From an uncultured virus (IMG/VR IMGVR_UViG_3300035701_006463) (lineage: Duplodnaviria > Heunggongvirae > Uroviricota > Caudoviricetes), in the IMG/VR virus record IMGVR_UViG_3300035701_006463: a stretch of DNA of 63,132 nucleotides; one strand, given 5' to 3'. Of the stretch, positions 1 through 8,753 are shown in pieces. The notes below the pieces were generated by a model that had not been told where the DNA came from, ran no database searches, and saw only the letters and a list, made by a program, of their open reading frames with translations. The position numbers were made by a program, and so were the translations under genes. Positions within the stretch are counted from its first letter, which is position 1. Each line of letters opens with the position of its first letter.

Positions 1-169
1 CCCAGATAACGCCAGACTTCTCGATGATGTATTACGCGGCTACAACTTAGGGGTTGATGAAACGATGTCACAGTTTGTCGCTCTTTTGTTTCCGGAGAAC
101 CGGACTGATGAGGCAGCCACCAATGGTTGGCTGTCAGAAACAAAGAGGTTAAGAATATGTACAGGCTAA
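1..169 (+). CDS. 3' end of a truncated hypothetical protein
   Basis: Frame 2 is open from the window edge to TAA at 167-169 (PDNARLLDDVLRG...RLRICTG*) and overlaps the queD start. Confidence 0.5.
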   Translation, partial: PDNARLLDDVLRGYNLGVDETMSQFVALLFPENRTDEAATNGWLSETKRLRICTG

Positions 170-540
170 GGGTTCAGACCGATTTGGAAGCGGCTCACTT
201 TCTGGAGGGCTACAAGGGGAGGTGTGCTAATCTACATGGCCACTCATGGGTGGTTGAGGTATTCGTGGTGGGTTCTGACTTAGACAAAGTTGGAATGTTA
301 GTTGACTTCGGCAATATAAAGGGTGAACTGACAAAGGTAGTTGATAGGCTGGATCATACGCTTCTCAACGATATAAAGGAGATAGGCAATCCAACATCTG
401 AGAATTTGGCTAAGTACATCTATGACTTCATGGGCTTCATGGTACCGGCACTACCTTCTGGGGTTGAGTTGGAGAAGGTGAGAATTTGGGAGACACCAAG
501 AGCATGGTGTGAGTATTGTGGGGAGATGAGGAAGGTTTAG
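157..540 (+). CDS. queD: 6-carboxy-5,6,7,8-tetrahydropterin synthase (QueD/PTPS family)
   Basis: Motifs AAHFL, CANLHGHSW (CxxxHGH), DHTLLND, NPTSENLA, WET; ATG at 157 follows GAGGT. Confidence 0.93.
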   Translation: MYRLRVQTDLEAAHFLEGYKGRCANLHGHSWVVEVFVVGSDLDKVGMLVDFGNIKGELTKVVDRLDHTLLNDIKEIGNPTSENLAKYIYDFMGFMVPALPSGVELEKVRIWETPRAWCEYCGEMRKV

Positions 541-557
541 TCAAGAAGGTGAGGAAC

Positions 558-923
558 ATGTCTACACTTGAGGAGTTAATGAATAACTGCCCAAAAGGAC
601 ATACTGCTATTTTTGTGCCTGAGGCACATATTATTTTCTATTATGATAGAGAAGGACATACTCAGAGGATCTTCGGTAGGGTTGATGGGGTTTATCAGGA
701 AATTGACATGGATTTCAGAAGTATGTCTAAGAAGATAGCAGAGGGTATTAAGACTGAGGAGCTTGTTGAAGATGTTCTACGCACAATGCCTGTTCAAAGT
801 CTCATAAAGGCAAAGGTGATACTCGCAGACGAGAAGACGAAAATTAGGGGTAAGCCCGGATGTTATGGTATTGTTCTTAGTGGAGCTAAGCAGCAGTTGA
901 CGATAGACTTTAGGGGTGGGTAG
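558..923 (+). CDS. hypothetical protein
   Basis: ORF in operon; ATG 558 follows GGTGAGG RBS. Confidence 0.6.
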   Translation: MSTLEELMNNCPKGHTAIFVPEAHIIFYYDREGHTQRIFGRVDGVYQEIDMDFRSMSKKIAEGIKTEELVEDVLRTMPVQSLIKAKVILADEKTKIRGKPGCYGIVLSGAKQQLTIDFRGG

Positions 924-924
924 C

Positions 925-1380
925 ATGTTCACATGTTTGGATTGTGGTAGTGAGGATTTGTCACTGCTATGGCTTGGGCATGATGATGCCAAAGTTAAAT
1001 GCAAGTGTGGTTCTGAGTTTTATATTATGAGGTCAAAATCCTCAGTTAGAAAAGACATTTCGGCACATTGGGAATACTTCCCATCCTTTTTCAAATTGAT
1101 GATGGACGAAATGGACAGACACCAATCTGAGAGTGGTGATAGCTGGCTCACTGAGGATACTGTTGTGGTGAAGTCTCCAGCAGCAGCTCTTCGCCATATA
1201 CCCATGTCCAACCATCTTGTTAATTTACTAGACAAAGCATTCCATTCGTACATGGACCATGGCGGACCCGAGAAGTTGGAGGACATAGCTAATCTATGCG
1301 CCATGATTAGGCTTCGTGGTCTACTTAAGAGGGGAAGGTTGGGAGTGAGGTCCGAGGTTCAGAAGGAGTTGAAAGAATGA
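925..1380 (+). CDS. Zn-ribbon protein with putative all-alpha NTP-pyrophosphatase-like C-terminal domain
   Basis: CLDC...CKC N-terminus; helical C-terminus with GDSW...EDIANLCAM pattern. Confidence 0.4.
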   Translation: MFTCLDCGSEDLSLLWLGHDDAKVKCKCGSEFYIMRSKSSVRKDISAHWEYFPSFFKLMMDEMDRHQSESGDSWLTEDTVVVKSPAAALRHIPMSNHLVNLLDKAFHSYMDHGGPEKLEDIANLCAMIRLRGLLKRGRLGVRSEVQKELKE

Positions 1381-1697
1381 AGCCAATAAGTGAAGCTGTG
1401 AAGAGAGTCTACAGATGGCGAATAGGCGTAGAGTTCGCCGGAACTGAAGCAGAGTTGTGGGACTGGTTCAATAACTGGTCTGGGCGTAATGCAGACGGCT
1501 CTCTCACTTACAAAACTATGCTCTACGAGAAACTGGAAGAAGTAGCCAATGAACTTAAGCACAGTCTCGCTGAAGCTGAGAAGTTGCCTGAGAAGTGGCG
1601 TAAAGATCATGAATTTGCTGAACAAATTTCATATTACGATGTTTGTGCCGACGAACTTGAGTCTGCTCTTCGTGGGGAGGTGGAAGAGTATGAGTAA
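1377..1697 (+). CDS. hypothetical protein
   Basis: ATGA overlap with upstream ORF. Confidence 0.55.
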   Translation: MKPISEAVKRVYRWRIGVEFAGTEAELWDWFNNWSGRNADGSLTYKTMLYEKLEEVANELKHSLAEAEKLPEKWRKDHEFAEQISYYDVCADELESALRGEVEEYE

Positions 1698-2001
1698 TAG
1701 GTCTTACGCAGGACTAGAAGAATTAGCTGATTTTGTATTCAAATACTTAATTGAGTACATGAGGGTGTTATTCGGTACTGAGCTTGCCTTGGCTATAATG
1801 TTAGTTGTTTGCAGAGACTATACTTTGGCTCCCGGGTTCATTGGAGAAATGTCGTTCGGGATTTTTCTCGCCAAGATGTTAGTTGTGGAGATAGTCATCG
1901 TGATGGGTACGATACTTGTGGACGTGATAATTAACATGGGTAAGATACGTGAGTTTATAAAGCATATAAGGGGCAAGGTGAATGGGGTGGAGGCAAAGTA
2001 A
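1690..2001 (+). CDS. small membrane protein
   Basis: Two hydrophobic segments; ATG 1690 follows GGAGGTGG; TAATG overlap with primase. Confidence 0.5.
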   Translation: MSNRSYAGLEELADFVFKYLIEYMRVLFGTELALAIMLVVCRDYTLAPGFIGEMSFGIFLAKMLVVEIVIVMGTILVDVIINMGKIREFIKHIRGKVNGVEAK

Positions 2002-2996
2002 TGCTCGATCCCCTCACCCTTCAACTCTTCGGTCAGTTCCCACGTGAGGTTGCAAACCCATCCCGTGCCATAGCCTCTGGACCGGAAGATTTCAGAAACT
2101 TTTTAGCGATAAATGAGGGTCAACGTGATTGCTATACTAGCGTCTATCCACTATCCGGCGAGGTGGACAAGCTATTTTACGACTTCGACGGACACGCCCG
2201 CGCCCTAGACGATGCCAAACGTGTCTACAAATACTTGGTTGACAGAGGCTTTACAGTCGTTCCCGTGGCGTCCGGTAAGAAGGGTATCCACCTCTACATC
2301 CTACTGTCACCGATGCTATACGACGACCCAAAGAAACTTCTCATGAACGCTTCCTATTACATCCTCAGTTCCGTGTTCGGTGACGAGTACTACAAGACTA
2401 CTGCCGATCCACATGTCATAGGTGATGTCCGTCGTATCACACGTATCCCCAATACCCGTCGCCCACCCGAAAACAACAGTTGGTGTACTTGGCTCTCCTC
2501 TGACTTCGTTACGGCTAGGTGGTTGGACATCATAAACTGGTGCAAGATGCCGCATGAGTTCCCGCGGGTGAAGCTTTCGAAGAAGACACTCCTAGACTTT
2601 CCCAAGGTGGACACTAAATACATAGCCATGGAGAACCACATCCAGCAAGATAACTTACAGGTCTCCACAAGGCATAACGGTCTCCTAGAAGGACACCTCA
2701 GGCCTTGTCTCTACAGGCTCATCACTCTGCCCAGTCCTAGTCACATGGTTCGTGTAGCATGTACTGTCGATCTTCTCAAGTTCTGGAGTAATAACGACAT
2801 CGTCCATATGTATAGCTCACTAGGCTGGATCGATTGGAGCGTCTCAGAAACCAGAAAGCAGATATCCTCTTGTGCTGGATTGAAGTCATATTCATGTAAA
2901 AAATTGAAACAATGTGGGATATGTCTGGTCAGTGAACATGCTGATTGTCCACTTAACAAGCAAAAGGTGGCGCTGGAGGCGATGATTGAGCGATGA
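2001..2996 (+). CDS. archaeo-eukaryotic primase, PriS catalytic domain fused to a Cys-rich PriL-like C-terminus
   Basis: AEP motifs FYDFD, SGKKGIHLY, DVRRITRIPNT; C-terminal RPC...SCKKLKQCGIC...CP. Confidence 0.85.
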   Translation: MLDPLTLQLFGQFPREVANPSRAIASGPEDFRNFLAINEGQRDCYTSVYPLSGEVDKLFYDFDGHARALDDAKRVYKYLVDRGFTVVPVASGKKGIHLYILLSPMLYDDPKKLLMNASYYILSSVFGDEYYKTTADPHVIGDVRRITRIPNTRRPPENNSWCTWLSSDFVTARWLDIINWCKMPHEFPRVKLSKKTLLDFPKVDTKYIAMENHIQQDNLQVSTRHNGLLEGHLRPCLYRLITLPSPSHMVRVACTVDLLKFWSNNDIVHMYSSLGWIDWSVSETRKQISSCAGLKSYSCKKLKQCGICLVSEHADCPLNKQKVALEAMIER

Positions 2997-4240
2997 GCCA
3001 CGATGTGTTCATACCTGTTACCACACCGTGGAGTCAGGTGGGGATGAAGAAGGATTTGACATTCACCCCGAGTCTTCCTGCGGGTCTAGCGGTAGCAGGA
3101 CACACCTTAAGGCATTCGAGTGCAAGACTCATACCAAGTGGTGCGGGGATTCGATTTAATTTGAGATACACACCAGCGCGGGTAATGAACAACATAGATC
3201 CCAAAAGGGAATGTGGGGGATACACCCTCGATTGGTGGACTGATACTGCTATATTCAACTACGATGCCCTCATGGTGTCCGCGTTCTATGGTATAGAAAT
3301 AGGTGATTTCCGAGAACACTACAAGATACCCAGAGGAGACTTCCTCTTCATCACTGACAGTGGTGGTTTTCAACTATCCCGCCATGATGTGACGCTATCG
3401 CCAACAGACATTCTCAAGTGGATGGAGAGAAATGCGGATGTGGGTCTCACTCTGGACGATCCGCCAACACCCGAAGAGCGAGCTGTCTTAACCCTTGACC
3501 TTCTCAAACCCCACGGCAAGGTCTCTCGTAGAAATTACGAGATCATGCACCGTAGTCGCGAGTCCGATAAATTTGAACTCCTAAAAGTCATACAGGGCGA
3601 CACGGTAGAACAGCTAGAGTGGTGGTGGAACCTCATGGCGGATCTCGAGTTTGATGGTGCTTCTATTGCATGTCGTCCGCCCACAGCAGAGAAGACAGCT
3701 ATGGGTTTGGGTTTCATGATGCACCACGATATGAAGAAAGTTCACGTCTTGCTCGGGACGGGTGACATGACCATTCCAGTGATAATTTACGCTAAAAAGT
3801 ATTTTGAGCGACTCACGGTTGATAGTTCATCGTTCTCTACGGCTGGAGCAGCTTATCGCACTTACTACTTGCCGTACAGTAGGTCGATGACCATAAACTT
3901 TGGCGATAACTTCAATTCGAGCATCAAGGAGCTTCCATGTGATTGTCCAGTTTGTCAACTAGCTACTGTTGATGACTTGAACATCAGTAAACGCTCACAT
4001 GCCACGAAGGATGCGTCGTTGCCCGGTGGTTTAATAGCACTACACAATCTATACGTCACACTTCAGTATTATAATTTTCTGCAAGTCTTGGCTGACGATA
4101 GGGACTTGTATATAAAACATTTGGAGTTAGTTGGAGCTACAGAAGCCATAAAAGGAATAGAATTCCTTGATGATGTCCATGAAAGGGGCTTTTATGATGC
4201 TATAGAGGGGCCGGTGGACGTGGGGAGGTTGTTTGTATGA
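2993..4240 (+). CDS. TGT-family guanine transglycosylase, probably DNA-acting (DpdA-like)
   Basis: DSGGFQ, TLDDPP, VIQG, HVLLG, catalytic VDSSS, Zn site CDCPVC...HN; no C-terminal PUA region of archaeal tRNA TGT; sits among que and replication genes. Confidence 0.85.
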   Translation: MSHDVFIPVTTPWSQVGMKKDLTFTPSLPAGLAVAGHTLRHSSARLIPSGAGIRFNLRYTPARVMNNIDPKRECGGYTLDWWTDTAIFNYDALMVSAFYGIEIGDFREHYKIPRGDFLFITDSGGFQLSRHDVTLSPTDILKWMERNADVGLTLDDPPTPEERAVLTLDLLKPHGKVSRRNYEIMHRSRESDKFELLKVIQGDTVEQLEWWWNLMADLEFDGASIACRPPTAEKTAMGLGFMMHHDMKKVHVLLGTGDMTIPVIIYAKKYFERLTVDSSSFSTAGAAYRTYYLPYSRSMTINFGDNFNSSIKELPCDCPVCQLATVDDLNISKRSHATKDASLPGGLIALHNLYVTLQYYNFLQVLADDRDLYIKHLELVGATEAIKGIEFLDDVHERGFYDAIEGPVDVGRLFV

Positions 4241-5319
4241 CAAAATGTGTCGTATTATTTTCAGGTGGGGTTGATTCATTAGCATGTTTGTTGTGGTCGT
4301 TAGAAACATATGGTGCAGATAATGTTACAGCACTTTATTGTAACATCGGACAGAGATATGCTCAAAAGGAAGTAAGTGCTGTAAGAGGCATCTGTAAACA
4401 GCTAAACGTAAGCCTTACAATCGAGACTAGACTCACCCTCTCGGACTGTGAATTACCACCCGAGCTGAATGCTATAATTCCATATCGTAATTCGTTTTTT
4501 ATACTCTTAGCTGGTTTACATCTGCCTGAGGAGGGAGGGATCGTCTGTCTACAAAATATAATAGTTGGTGAAACGTCCACTTGGGACCGTCGTCCAGAGT
4601 TTAATGACGCTATGCAAAACCTACTGAATTACGCTGACCCACGGAGAGTTAAACTAAAGGTTCCACATCAGGGCAAAACAAAGACAGAGATACTCAGTTA
4701 TCTTAAAGAAAAGGTGCCAGTGGAAGTGATACTCCAAACTGTTGGGTGCTACACAGATGGTGAAGGTAACTGCGGAGCTTGCAGTTCTTGCTTCAGATCT
4801 TTTGCCGCCATGATAAATGCTGGTATCCCAGCTCCAGAGAGACGATACAATCAGAATCCACTTGATTGGGAAGAGGGCATACGGCGATATGTTGATAGGA
4901 TGGTTCGTGGTGAGTACGAACAATCTCGTGTCGATGAGACCTTTCGGGCACTAGCCACGGTTGGTGTATTACACAAATATTTGGGGAAGACGTACGCTAT
5001 TGATCTGGATGGTGTGATAGCTGATACTGGACCCGAAAAGTTTAACCCGACTATGTCTGATGAGGAGGTCGTCAAGGTATATAGGCAGGCTCAACCAAAC
5101 CAAACCATCATAACTAAAATAAATAAACTATATGATGAAGGTAATGTTATTTTTATTCATTCATCGAGGTACGAGTCTGACCGTGAGCTTACGGAGCAGT
5201 GGTTGGCAAAGAATGATGTCAAGTATCATCGTTTGGTGCTAGGTAAAATACGAGCTGATTATTATGTGGATGACAAAAACTTGTCCTTGCAGATTTTTGA
5301 GGGAGGGGAGCAAAAATGA
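4237..5319 (+). CDS. queC: 7-cyano-7-deazaguanine synthase QueC with C-terminal HAD-superfamily domain
   Basis: SGGVDS PP-loop, GQRY, PYRN, DRRPEF, CY...CGACSSC Zn site; from ~4990 HAD motifs IDLDGVIA, HSSR, K...YYVDDK. Confidence 0.88.
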   Translation: MTKCVVLFSGGVDSLACLLWSLETYGADNVTALYCNIGQRYAQKEVSAVRGICKQLNVSLTIETRLTLSDCELPPELNAIIPYRNSFFILLAGLHLPEEGGIVCLQNIIVGETSTWDRRPEFNDAMQNLLNYADPRRVKLKVPHQGKTKTEILSYLKEKVPVEVILQTVGCYTDGEGNCGACSSCFRSFAAMINAGIPAPERRYNQNPLDWEEGIRRYVDRMVRGEYEQSRVDETFRALATVGVLHKYLGKTYAIDLDGVIADTGPEKFNPTMSDEEVVKVYRQAQPNQTIITKINKLYDEGNVIFIHSSRYESDRELTEQWLAKNDVKYHRLVLGKIRADYYVDDKNLSLQIFEGGEQK

Positions 5320-6341
5320 GTGACAAAAATGTGTTTTTCAAAAATTGGATGAAGGCATGTTGTTTTATTACGCGGCGGTGCCAGCTCCACTGTAGGGGTT
5401 GTAACGTTGTAAACTATCAGTCCGCCTATGAGATGTCTACGGAAGAGTGGAAGATGGCTTTCAACATACTCGATGCCTATAACGTTGGCTTCGTTGTGCT
5501 GTTCGGAGGAGAGCCCACCCTGAGAGGCGACCTTCCAGAGTTGGTTGAGCATCTCAACGAGTTGGAGTTACCACACACCATAATCACTAACTCTCTACGC
5601 TTAAACGTTGATGAATCGTATTACAAGCGGTTGATGAACGCCAAGCCATACGGCATATCTGTGTCGATCAATATCCCGGAGAAAAAGGAAAGTTTTAAGT
5701 TCCACGACGATATAAAGAGCCAAGAGGGTTGGAGGTTACTGCAAAAACTCAAATCCGATGGCTACACTGGTGATCTCGTCGCTAACATGGCTGTAACCAA
5801 AACAAACATCACGTCTTTGCCAAGTATGGTGGAATTATTCACATCAATGGGCGTCTGGTCGATACTCAGCTTTATCCACTTGTGTGATCCACATGAGTCC
5901 ATGTACTGGTGGTACCGTGGACCCGTAAATGAAGACAATAAGGGTCTCCTGTTCAAAGATGAGGATCGTCCGTTGGTAAAGGAAGTAGGAGACTTCTTTG
6001 TGGACAACTACGATAGGCTCAAACTCCATAACGAGAAAGAGTACTTCATGGAGTGGAGCACGTTAGGTATCGACCAAAACTGGAAATGCTCACACTTTGC
6101 TTGTCCGGCTATCAACCCTGATGGCTCACTCATGGCATGTATTGATCGTCCACTAACCAAACCTGTAAGCATATTCGATCTACCCGAAAAGGAGGAGGAG
6201 CTTATGGAATCGTTTAAGCGGGCTATTGAGGACTGTCCAGGAGATTTTTGGGATCATATGTGGTCAACTAACAGGTTCGCTGATATTAAGAAAGTTGAAG
6301 AAGGGAAGATTCATTACCAGCACAGAGAGGTGGTTGTATGA
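5316..6341 (+). CDS. radical SAM protein with SPASM/Twitch-like C-terminal cysteines
   Basis: CQLHCRGC (CxxxCxxC), GGEPTL, ITNS; C-terminal WKC...CPAINPDGSLMAC...CPG. Confidence 0.9.
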   Translation: MSDKNVFFKNWMKACCFITRRCQLHCRGCNVVNYQSAYEMSTEEWKMAFNILDAYNVGFVVLFGGEPTLRGDLPELVEHLNELELPHTIITNSLRLNVDESYYKRLMNAKPYGISVSINIPEKKESFKFHDDIKSQEGWRLLQKLKSDGYTGDLVANMAVTKTNITSLPSMVELFTSMGVWSILSFIHLCDPHESMYWWYRGPVNEDNKGLLFKDEDRPLVKEVGDFFVDNYDRLKLHNEKEYFMEWSTLGIDQNWKCSHFACPAINPDGSLMACIDRPLTKPVSIFDLPEKEEELMESFKRAIEDCPGDFWDHMWSTNRFADIKKVEEGKIHYQHREVVV

Positions 6342-6910
6342 GAGACATACGTTTGGTAGAAAAATACTTGGCTGATATTCTTGTTGAGTTAGGCATAGAC
6401 ATAACCAGTCCTAATTTCACAGGTACGCCCGAAAGGTTTGCCGAGTGGTTATTAGAGTTCACTAAAACAAACGATGAACTTCGGAATGAATGTGAGGAAT
6501 TTGCAAGTGCTGTATTTCCCCATAACAGGGAGGACATGATTGTATCCGATCCTTTTATTGTGTACTCGATGTGCCCGCACCACTTTTTGCCGGTCGAGTT
6601 TAAGGTGATTGTGGGATACATACCAAAGGGACATGTTGTGGGATTGTCGAAGCTAGTCCGTATAACTGATGCAGTTGCTAAACAAGCAGAGCTTCAAGAA
6701 GAGTTCACCCCGAAACTCGCGGATATTTTATGTGGTTGTTTGAGGACGCCAGACGTAGCTGTGAGGGTTAATGGGACTCATTCATGTATGAAAATTAGGG
6801 GGGTAAAAAATGGTCCGTCGTTTACAAATACTGCTTTGAGAGGAGGGTTTAGAAGTGTACCAGAAGTGCGTAAGGAGTTTTATGATCTGATAGGAGGCGA
6901 GAAGAAATGA
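6338..6910 (+). CDS. folE: GTP cyclohydrolase I (FolE, type IA)
   Basis: TPERFA, SMCPHHFLP, GYIP, GLSKLVR, LQEE, HSCMKIRG. Confidence 0.92.
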   Translation: MRDIRLVEKYLADILVELGIDITSPNFTGTPERFAEWLLEFTKTNDELRNECEEFASAVFPHNREDMIVSDPFIVYSMCPHHFLPVEFKVIVGYIPKGHVVGLSKLVRITDAVAKQAELQEEFTPKLADILCGCLRTPDVAVRVNGTHSCMKIRGVKNGPSFTNTALRGGFRSVPEVRKEFYDLIGGEKK

Positions 6911-6998
6911 GCAGGGTGGAAGTGGATAGGTTGTTTGTAACTGAGAGTTTCAAAAAACCTCCAAGGGAGGAGTCAATGCAGAAAGGTAAGGTGATGGT

Positions 6999-7517
6999 AT
7001 GAGAGTATTAAAACGATTCGAAAAATACACTTACGAACCTGTTCCTAATCCAAGGAATGAATATGATTCTAGGGAGATAGAAGTTATTCACTGTGAGACA
7101 TGTAACACGGTCTTGTCAAAAATGGAAAGGTATCACGATTACTACGATGGGTGGAAGCCTCTTACTTGCACAGTGCAGGAGTTTGAGACAGGATTTTATA
7201 GGGCACTAGAGTTTCCAGAGGGCTTTGATAGTTGGTTACTTTGCGGAAAGTGTGACGAAAAGTTCTCCGATGATAATCTGAGTTTGTTTTCTAGGAACGT
7301 GCGTATCTTAGAGTCCATAGAACGAGCAAAACAAGTTAGGAAGTGGGACAGGGATGGTATCTCAAGGACACAAGAGAAAATAGCTTCGGATTTCAAGAAA
7401 CTCGAAAAGTTAATAGCGTATCATCGGGCATTTGTTGCACTCGCAGAAAAATCAGAGTTCGCTCAACATCCTGAGGAGACGTGGAATTGGAAGGAAATTC
7501 AAGTTACGGAGAAGTGA
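6999..7517 (+). CDS. hypothetical protein with two CxxC pairs
   Basis: CETC and CGKC; GGTGA RBS. Confidence 0.55.
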   Translation: MRVLKRFEKYTYEPVPNPRNEYDSREIEVIHCETCNTVLSKMERYHDYYDGWKPLTCTVQEFETGFYRALEFPEGFDSWLLCGKCDEKFSDDNLSLFSRNVRILESIERAKQVRKWDRDGISRTQEKIASDFKKLEKLIAYHRAFVALAEKSEFAQHPEETWNWKEIQVTEK

Positions 7518-7672
7518 AAGAAAATGGATGAACTTCATTATACCATATCAGACAAGCAGAGGGAAAGGATTAGGAAGAACATTCTTCCCCTCTTCACTGA
7601 AAAAGAAAAAGGGGAGATCAAGGAGATAGCAAAAGAGTTAGATGAGTTACTGAAAGAGGAGGAAAAGAAAAA

Positions 7673-7870
7673 ATGACAATTACTATAAAATTTAGTGAAG
7701 AAGACTTGGAGTCCCTTAGGTCAATGCGAGATTTTATAGAAGATAATCTTGATAGGCAAGTAAACTACAAAGAAGCTATACAGATTCTCTGTGTGGCTAC
7801 ACGAGGATCAGTTTCAGGATTTGATGTGAAGAAGTTGGCGTTAGAGGTTAAGAAGGAGATGAAAGAATGA
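7673..7870 (+). CDS. small putative DNA-binding protein
   Basis: N-terminal beta strand TITIKF followed by helices (RHH-like pattern). Confidence 0.4.
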   Translation: MTITIKFSEEDLESLRSMRDFIEDNLDRQVNYKEAIQILCVATRGSVSGFDVKKLALEVKKEMKE

Positions 7871-8052
7871 GACTTGAAGAGTGTGGTCATAGGTGGAATA
7901 GCCAAAGGGACGAGGAAGAATGTGTAAATTGTGGATGGAGTCTGGCTTACTATCGGCGGCTCGTGAGAGACCTTATTGAAGGTGGTCCACGAAAATACGA
8001 TTTCAAAAAGGCTATGATTTGTATTGGGTTGATGGAGGAAGTTGAGATTTGA
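7867..8052 (+). CDS. small Zn-finger-like protein
   Basis: CGH...CVNC; overlaps both neighbours. Confidence 0.5.
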   Translation: MRLEECGHRWNSQRDEEECVNCGWSLAYYRRLVRDLIEGGPRKYDFKKAMICIGLMEEVEI

Positions 8053-8750
8053 AGGTAACGGAGATTTTCGCGAGCATTCAAGGGGAGGGGCCATCGGCTG
8101 GTCGTCCCTGCGTGTTTCTCAGATTGGCTGGATGTAATATTCACTGCCAGTGGTGTGACTCAGCCTATTCTTGGACAGAGGGTAAGGAGATGGCAGTGGA
8201 AGAGGTTTTTAATGAGTTAGTTAACGTCCATAAACTCTATGATGTTGGGTACATGTGTGCGACTGGCGGCGAGCCAATATGCCAACAAGATGAGTTGACT
8301 CTTCTTATGAGGATGCTGCGAAACGATGCTCAATTCACTCACCGTGATCTGAAGGTTGGAATAGAAACGAACGGTACTATAAAGTTCTCTGATCAGCTTC
8401 TCGATCTATGCCAAAAGGTAAACCATTGGAGTGTTGAGTGTGCAGTCTCCCCAAAGTTATCTAACGCGGGGGTGGATCCCGAGAAGGCTAAACTCCATCC
8501 ATGGTGGGCTAATACAGATTCGAAATATGTTTTGTTTAAGTTCGTTGTTGGTTCGAAGGAGGACGTTGAAGAGGTAGCTAAGCTGGTGGATAGTTACGAG
8601 TTGAGTAACATCTGGCTCATGCCCCTTTGCACAACATCAGAGGAACACTTAAAACTTTTACCCTACATCTGGAAGGAGTGTCAGGCAAGGAATTGGAACC
8701 TCTCTCCACGCTTACAGATTTTGACGTTTGGGAACAAACGGGGTGTTTGA
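8049..8750 (+). CDS. queE: 7-carboxy-7-deazaguanine synthase QueE (radical SAM)
   Basis: EIFASIQGEG, FLRLAGCNIHCQWCDS, TGGEP, IETNG, VSPK, FKFVV, LSPRLQ. Confidence 0.95.
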   Translation: MKVTEIFASIQGEGPSAGRPCVFLRLAGCNIHCQWCDSAYSWTEGKEMAVEEVFNELVNVHKLYDVGYMCATGGEPICQQDELTLLMRMLRNDAQFTHRDLKVGIETNGTIKFSDQLLDLCQKVNHWSVECAVSPKLSNAGVDPEKAKLHPWWANTDSKYVLFKFVVGSKEDVEEVAKLVDSYELSNIWLMPLCTTSEEHLKLLPYIWKECQARNWNLSPRLQILTFGNKRGV

Positions 8751-8753
8751 GTT

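Noticed and set aside
2993..4240. Host-type archaeosine tRNA-guanine transglycosylase
   Set aside because: It lacks the C-terminal PUA-containing region and lies among replication genes; DNA targeting is preferred but unproven, so no gene symbol is given
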